From assembly GCA_963755715.1 (NCBI GenBank), contig CAVWLW010000023.1:1-64000 (forward strand): 64,000 nucleotides of DNA, given 5' to 3'. Below the pieces are notes generated by a model that ran no database searches, was not told the DNA's origin, and saw nothing but the letters and a program-made list of their open reading frames with translations. Made by a program: the position numbers and the translations under genes. This document shows, piece by piece, positions 61,081 through 64,000 of the stretch. Within the stretch, counting starts at the first letter, position 1. Each line of letters begins with the position of its first letter. This stretch comes from an uncultured delta proteobacterium (lineage in GTDB: Bacteria > Desulfobacterota > Binatia > UBA9968).

Positions 61081-61746
61081 GTGGTGGCGTTTGACTACCG
61101 ATTAGCTCGAGCACTCGTTCTCGCATGGATTGTCATCGCACCCATTTGCGCAGCGGCGGCTGGTCCGAACTACATTCCGATTGTCACTGCCAGGGTTCAA
61201 GCGCAAGGAACAACGGTTGCAGTCATGGGCTTGGTAACAGTTCCCTCTGGAGATTTTCGGTCGTCCAGCGGAGATGAGGGCTTTGCTATTCAAGATCAGA
61301 CCGCAGGCATTTGGATCAGTGTCAAGAAGAACCTTAAGTTCAAAGTAGGTCAGAGGGTGCTAGTAAGTGGAACACTCGGACAGAACTTCGGAAAGCTTCA
61401 GATCGTTCCTAATAGCCTCGCTGATGTCAAAGCGCTTCCGGGCGTGAAACTGGGAGTGGCGACCGGTCAAGTCGGAATGGCGACTCTGGGATATCTCATT
61501 TCGGTCGAGGGAACCATCACGCAGGACGGTGTCGTCGCTGACCTCCCGTATGGTTACAAGGTGTTCCTGAATGACGGTAGTGGCGTAGTACAAGTGTACC
61601 TCAACGCATCAACGAACATTGATCCTCGTGCGCCTTATCTGAAACCCGGACGACAGTTGCGGGTTACGGGGTTTGGCAGCCAATACAACACAACTTATGA
61701 GATCGAACCTCGCGATCGTCGAGACTTGGAACCCATCTCACTGTAG
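61081..61746 (+). CDS. Secreted tandem OB-fold protein
   Basis: Signal peptide; two repeats (IQDQTAGI..GQRVLVSG and LNDGSG..GRQLRVTG..YEIEPR). Confidence 0.7.
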   Translation: MVAFDYRLARALVLAWIVIAPICAAAAGPNYIPIVTARVQAQGTTVAVMGLVTVPSGDFRSSSGDEGFAIQDQTAGIWISVKKNLKFKVGQRVLVSGTLGQNFGKLQIVPNSLADVKALPGVKLGVATGQVGMATLGYLISVEGTITQDGVVADLPYGYKVFLNDGSGVVQVYLNASTNIDPRAPYLKPGRQLRVTGFGSQYNTTYEIEPRDRRDLEPISL

Positions 61747-61807
61747 TGAAAAGACGAATCTCGGGCGAAACGAAAAAGTATTTCGGTTGCGAGGGAGTAA
61801 TCCGGCG

Positions 61808-61935
61808 GTCTAACCAGTCGCTCCACGCGAACCGCCGCCGTGCATCCTAGTTTCAGGGCGCACCGTATTCAGCGAATGTTGGATACGCTACCAACGCCCG
61901 GTCCCGGCGACGGTCGGTGAGCTCTATTGTTAGGC
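61808..61935 (+). other. Integron attC site (128 bp)
   Basis: R'' GTCTAAC, L'' GCT(C)CAC pairing with L' GTGAGC, R' GTTAGGC. Confidence 0.85.
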
Positions 61936-62141
61936 AGCGGAGAGGCGACCGAAGGAGACAGTGATGACGACCGCCCATGACCTGTTGCAACGACACATCC
62001 AAACGCTCGTGGGTGACCACGAGCGATGGCTGGCGGATGCGTTTGGGTAAGGCTGTCCCCCGTCGATAGCTTCAAGATTATCGACGGTCCTCGGCAAGGA
62101 CTCCCACCTGACTAACGAACGGCGCCGGCGCGAGACGCCGA

Positions 62142-62903
62142 TTAGCGCGCGGAGTCGTCAAATAGTCGTTCTAAAATTCCATGCGAATACGCGCTGGCTA
62201 CTTGCCGAAGGAAGAGCGGGAAATCGTGGGTGGCGGATTCGTCGGCGGCGTCGGAGATTGTGCGCACGACCGTGAACGGGACGCTGTACTCGTGGCAGAC
62301 CTGAGCGACGGCCGCGCTCTCCATGTCGACGGCAGCAACGGTCGGTAAGCGGAGGAGCAGATCGGCACGGTCGGCGCGATGTGCGAAAAATTTGTCGCCG
62401 CTGGCGATGTCTCCCTTGATGGCCTTGGGTGATTGGATATTGAACGCGGCCCGCGTGGCTTCGGAGACCGCTTTGGGCAGATCGTCGCGCAGGAAAGCCG
62501 CGGCAGCCTGAAGCAGTTGGTCACACCGTTTTTCGTCGCTGGCAAATGAACTACGGCCGAGCAGGGGAATCTCGTGACGCGGAAAGAGTGGGCGGGCATC
62601 CATGTCGTGCTGCCAGAGCCGAGCCCCAACGACGATGTCGCCGACTTTGAGCCCAGGCTGAGCCGCTCCCGCAACGCCGGTGAAGAGGATTTCGGTGACG
62701 CAGAAATCGGAAATAAGGTCCGTTGCCGTGGTGGCCGCAGCCACTTTGCCCCATCTCGAAAAGACGATGACCACGGGTGTACCCCAAAGATGACCCGAGT
62801 GATAGGTCCGCCGCCCGTCGTTGACAACTTCAGAGCCCGCGGGAAGCTCCCTCAAAAGCCTGTCGATCTCCTCCTGCATAGCGGCCATGATTCCAATGGG
62901 CAT
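62142..62903 (-). CDS. mtnN: 5'-methylthioadenosine/S-adenosylhomocysteine nucleosidase
   Basis: IGIMAAMQEE, GKVAAA, FTGVAG, SGDKF, DMESAAVAQVC and RTISD. Confidence 0.88.
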   Translation of the reverse strand: MPIGIMAAMQEEIDRLLRELPAGSEVVNDGRRTYHSGHLWGTPVVIVFSRWGKVAAATTATDLISDFCVTEILFTGVAGAAQPGLKVGDIVVGARLWQHDMDARPLFPRHEIPLLGRSSFASDEKRCDQLLQAAAAFLRDDLPKAVSEATRAAFNIQSPKAIKGDIASGDKFFAHRADRADLLLRLPTVAAVDMESAAVAQVCHEYSVPFTVVRTISDAADESATHDFPLFLRQVASAYSHGILERLFDDSAR

Positions 62904-63094
62904 CGGGTTTCTCGTAGTTAACCCTTCCACGAGCCGTGATGGAAGTCGGCGGTCTGGTTTCTTTGTGTCTGGCGACTTGCCAGACGAACCGCTGACTGTG
63001 TGTAGACCCAAGCAACTCCGAGGATTTCAGCACGACGCGCAGCTAGTCCTTGAGCTTGTTTGGGTCTCTTGGGAAGAGTTCTCGGCGGGTGCCC

Positions 63095-63520
63095 TCAGCG
63101 GCGCGTGGTGCGGATGTAGATCTCGATCTCCTCGTAGGTGAGCACGCCGTCCTTATCGCGATCGGCGGAATCGAAATCCTTGAAGAGGGCGTTGACGTAT
63201 TCTTGCAGGGAGAGCCGGCCGTCACCATCCCGGTCGGCCGCGCGGAAGCCCTCGGCGCTCAGCTCGGTCAGCTCCGCGATGACCAGGTAGCCGTCCTTGT
63301 CGCGATCGCGAAAGAAGAACGCCTCGACGATCACGCGGTGAAACTCCTCCCGGTCGAGCGTGTGGTCGCTGTTCCGATCATAGTTCTTGAAGATCTGGCC
63401 CAGGTCGGATGGCCCCGGCGCCTGGGCGGACGCTGAGAACGCGGCCATGACGACGAGGGACAGGACGGCGAGGCTCGCCCACCACCAGGGACGCGCGCCG
63501 GGCACGAGTCGGCGGACCAT
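63095..63520 (-). CDS. Secreted EF-hand protein
   Basis: Four DxDxDG-type loops (DRNSDH, DRDKDG, DRDGDG, DRDKDG). Confidence 0.8.
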   Translation of the reverse strand: MVRRLVPGARPWWWASLAVLSLVVMAAFSASAQAPGPSDLGQIFKNYDRNSDHTLDREEFHRVIVEAFFFRDRDKDGYLVIAELTELSAEGFRAADRDGDGRLSLQEYVNALFKDFDSADRDKDGVLTYEEIEIYIRTTRR

Positions 63521-63521
63521 C

Positions 63522-63977
63522 TCAGCCCACCTTCCAGCTGCCATCGGGCTGACGGCACGCCGTCCCGTACGACTGTTCCTGCTTGCCCCCGATGGTCACG
63601 GTCTGTTGATACTCGCGGCAGTAGGTCCCACCGGACTGGTACGTTCGGATGGGTGTCACGGAGCCGGAATGACCGCTGTCGGGGTTGTTCCACGCCACGC
63701 TCTGGCCCGACGGGGTCGTTTCCAGCGCGCGGTTTTGGCTTTGCGCCGCCATGCGCTTGTCTCGCTCGTCGAGCATGTTGCCCACGAGCCCACCGACCAG
63801 GGCGCCTCCGACCACGCCCGCGGCGATGGCCGCACCCCCGCCTCCTGCGGCGCCCGCGATGAGGCCACCGAGCGCTGCCCCGCCCAGCCCCCCGATCGCC
63901 GTCTTGGTGCCGACGTCGCCAGTGGCGCAGCCGGCGATCAGGACGAGGAGAACGGCAAGTGTGATGCCCTTGAACAC
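63522..63977 (-). CDS. 17-kDa surface antigen-like lipoprotein (glycine zipper)
   Basis: Lipobox IAGC, glycine zipper, W.NPDSG, CREYQQTV and GTACRQPDGSW. Confidence 0.85.
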   Translation of the reverse strand: MFKGITLAVLLVLIAGCATGDVGTKTAIGGLGGAALGGLIAGAAGGGGAAIAAGVVGGALVGGLVGNMLDERDKRMAAQSQNRALETTPSGQSVAWNNPDSGHSGSVTPIRTYQSGGTYCREYQQTVTIGGKQEQSYGTACRQPDGSWKVG

Positions 63978-64000
63978 CGGCGAGCGCGTTGGACCCGGCT

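Noticed and set aside
53194-64000. Prophage
   Set aside because: No capsid, terminase, tail or phage replication genes are recognisable.

Overview
Bacterial chromosomal window. Gene content and order suggest a deltaproteobacteria-like lineage such as Binatota/Binatia (inference only, no search run). 1-53.2 kb is mostly core genome: rearranged psd/lgt-like fragments, a truncated alkaline-phosphatase-family gene, an orphan GspE/PilB ATPase, pal, livHMGF, mgtE, a zinc-ribbon gene, a damaged rnhA, rnpB, the dcw cluster (mraZ-STAS-rsmH-ftsL-ftsI-murEF-mraY-murD-ftsW-murGCB-ftsQAZ, with ddl convergent), livK, htrA, acpS, mtnA, gshA, nagZ, dNK-pan RNA-panBC, smpB and tmRNA. After tmRNA (53.2-64 kb) lies a mosaic accessory region. 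It holds DUF429 and serine-recombinase remnants, a HIT+HNH pair, at least two well-formed integron attC sites with no integrase in view, a Y1/RAYT-type transposase bounded by about 40-bp inverted repeats, and a cassette encoding a Macro-domain/TIR(SEFIR-like) fusion. That fusion is the best candidate for an undescribed anti-phage system. Single-base frameshifts in ftsI, panC, livK, htrA and DUF502 point to consensus errors, so pseudogene calls need caution. All product calls come from motif recognition by eye.
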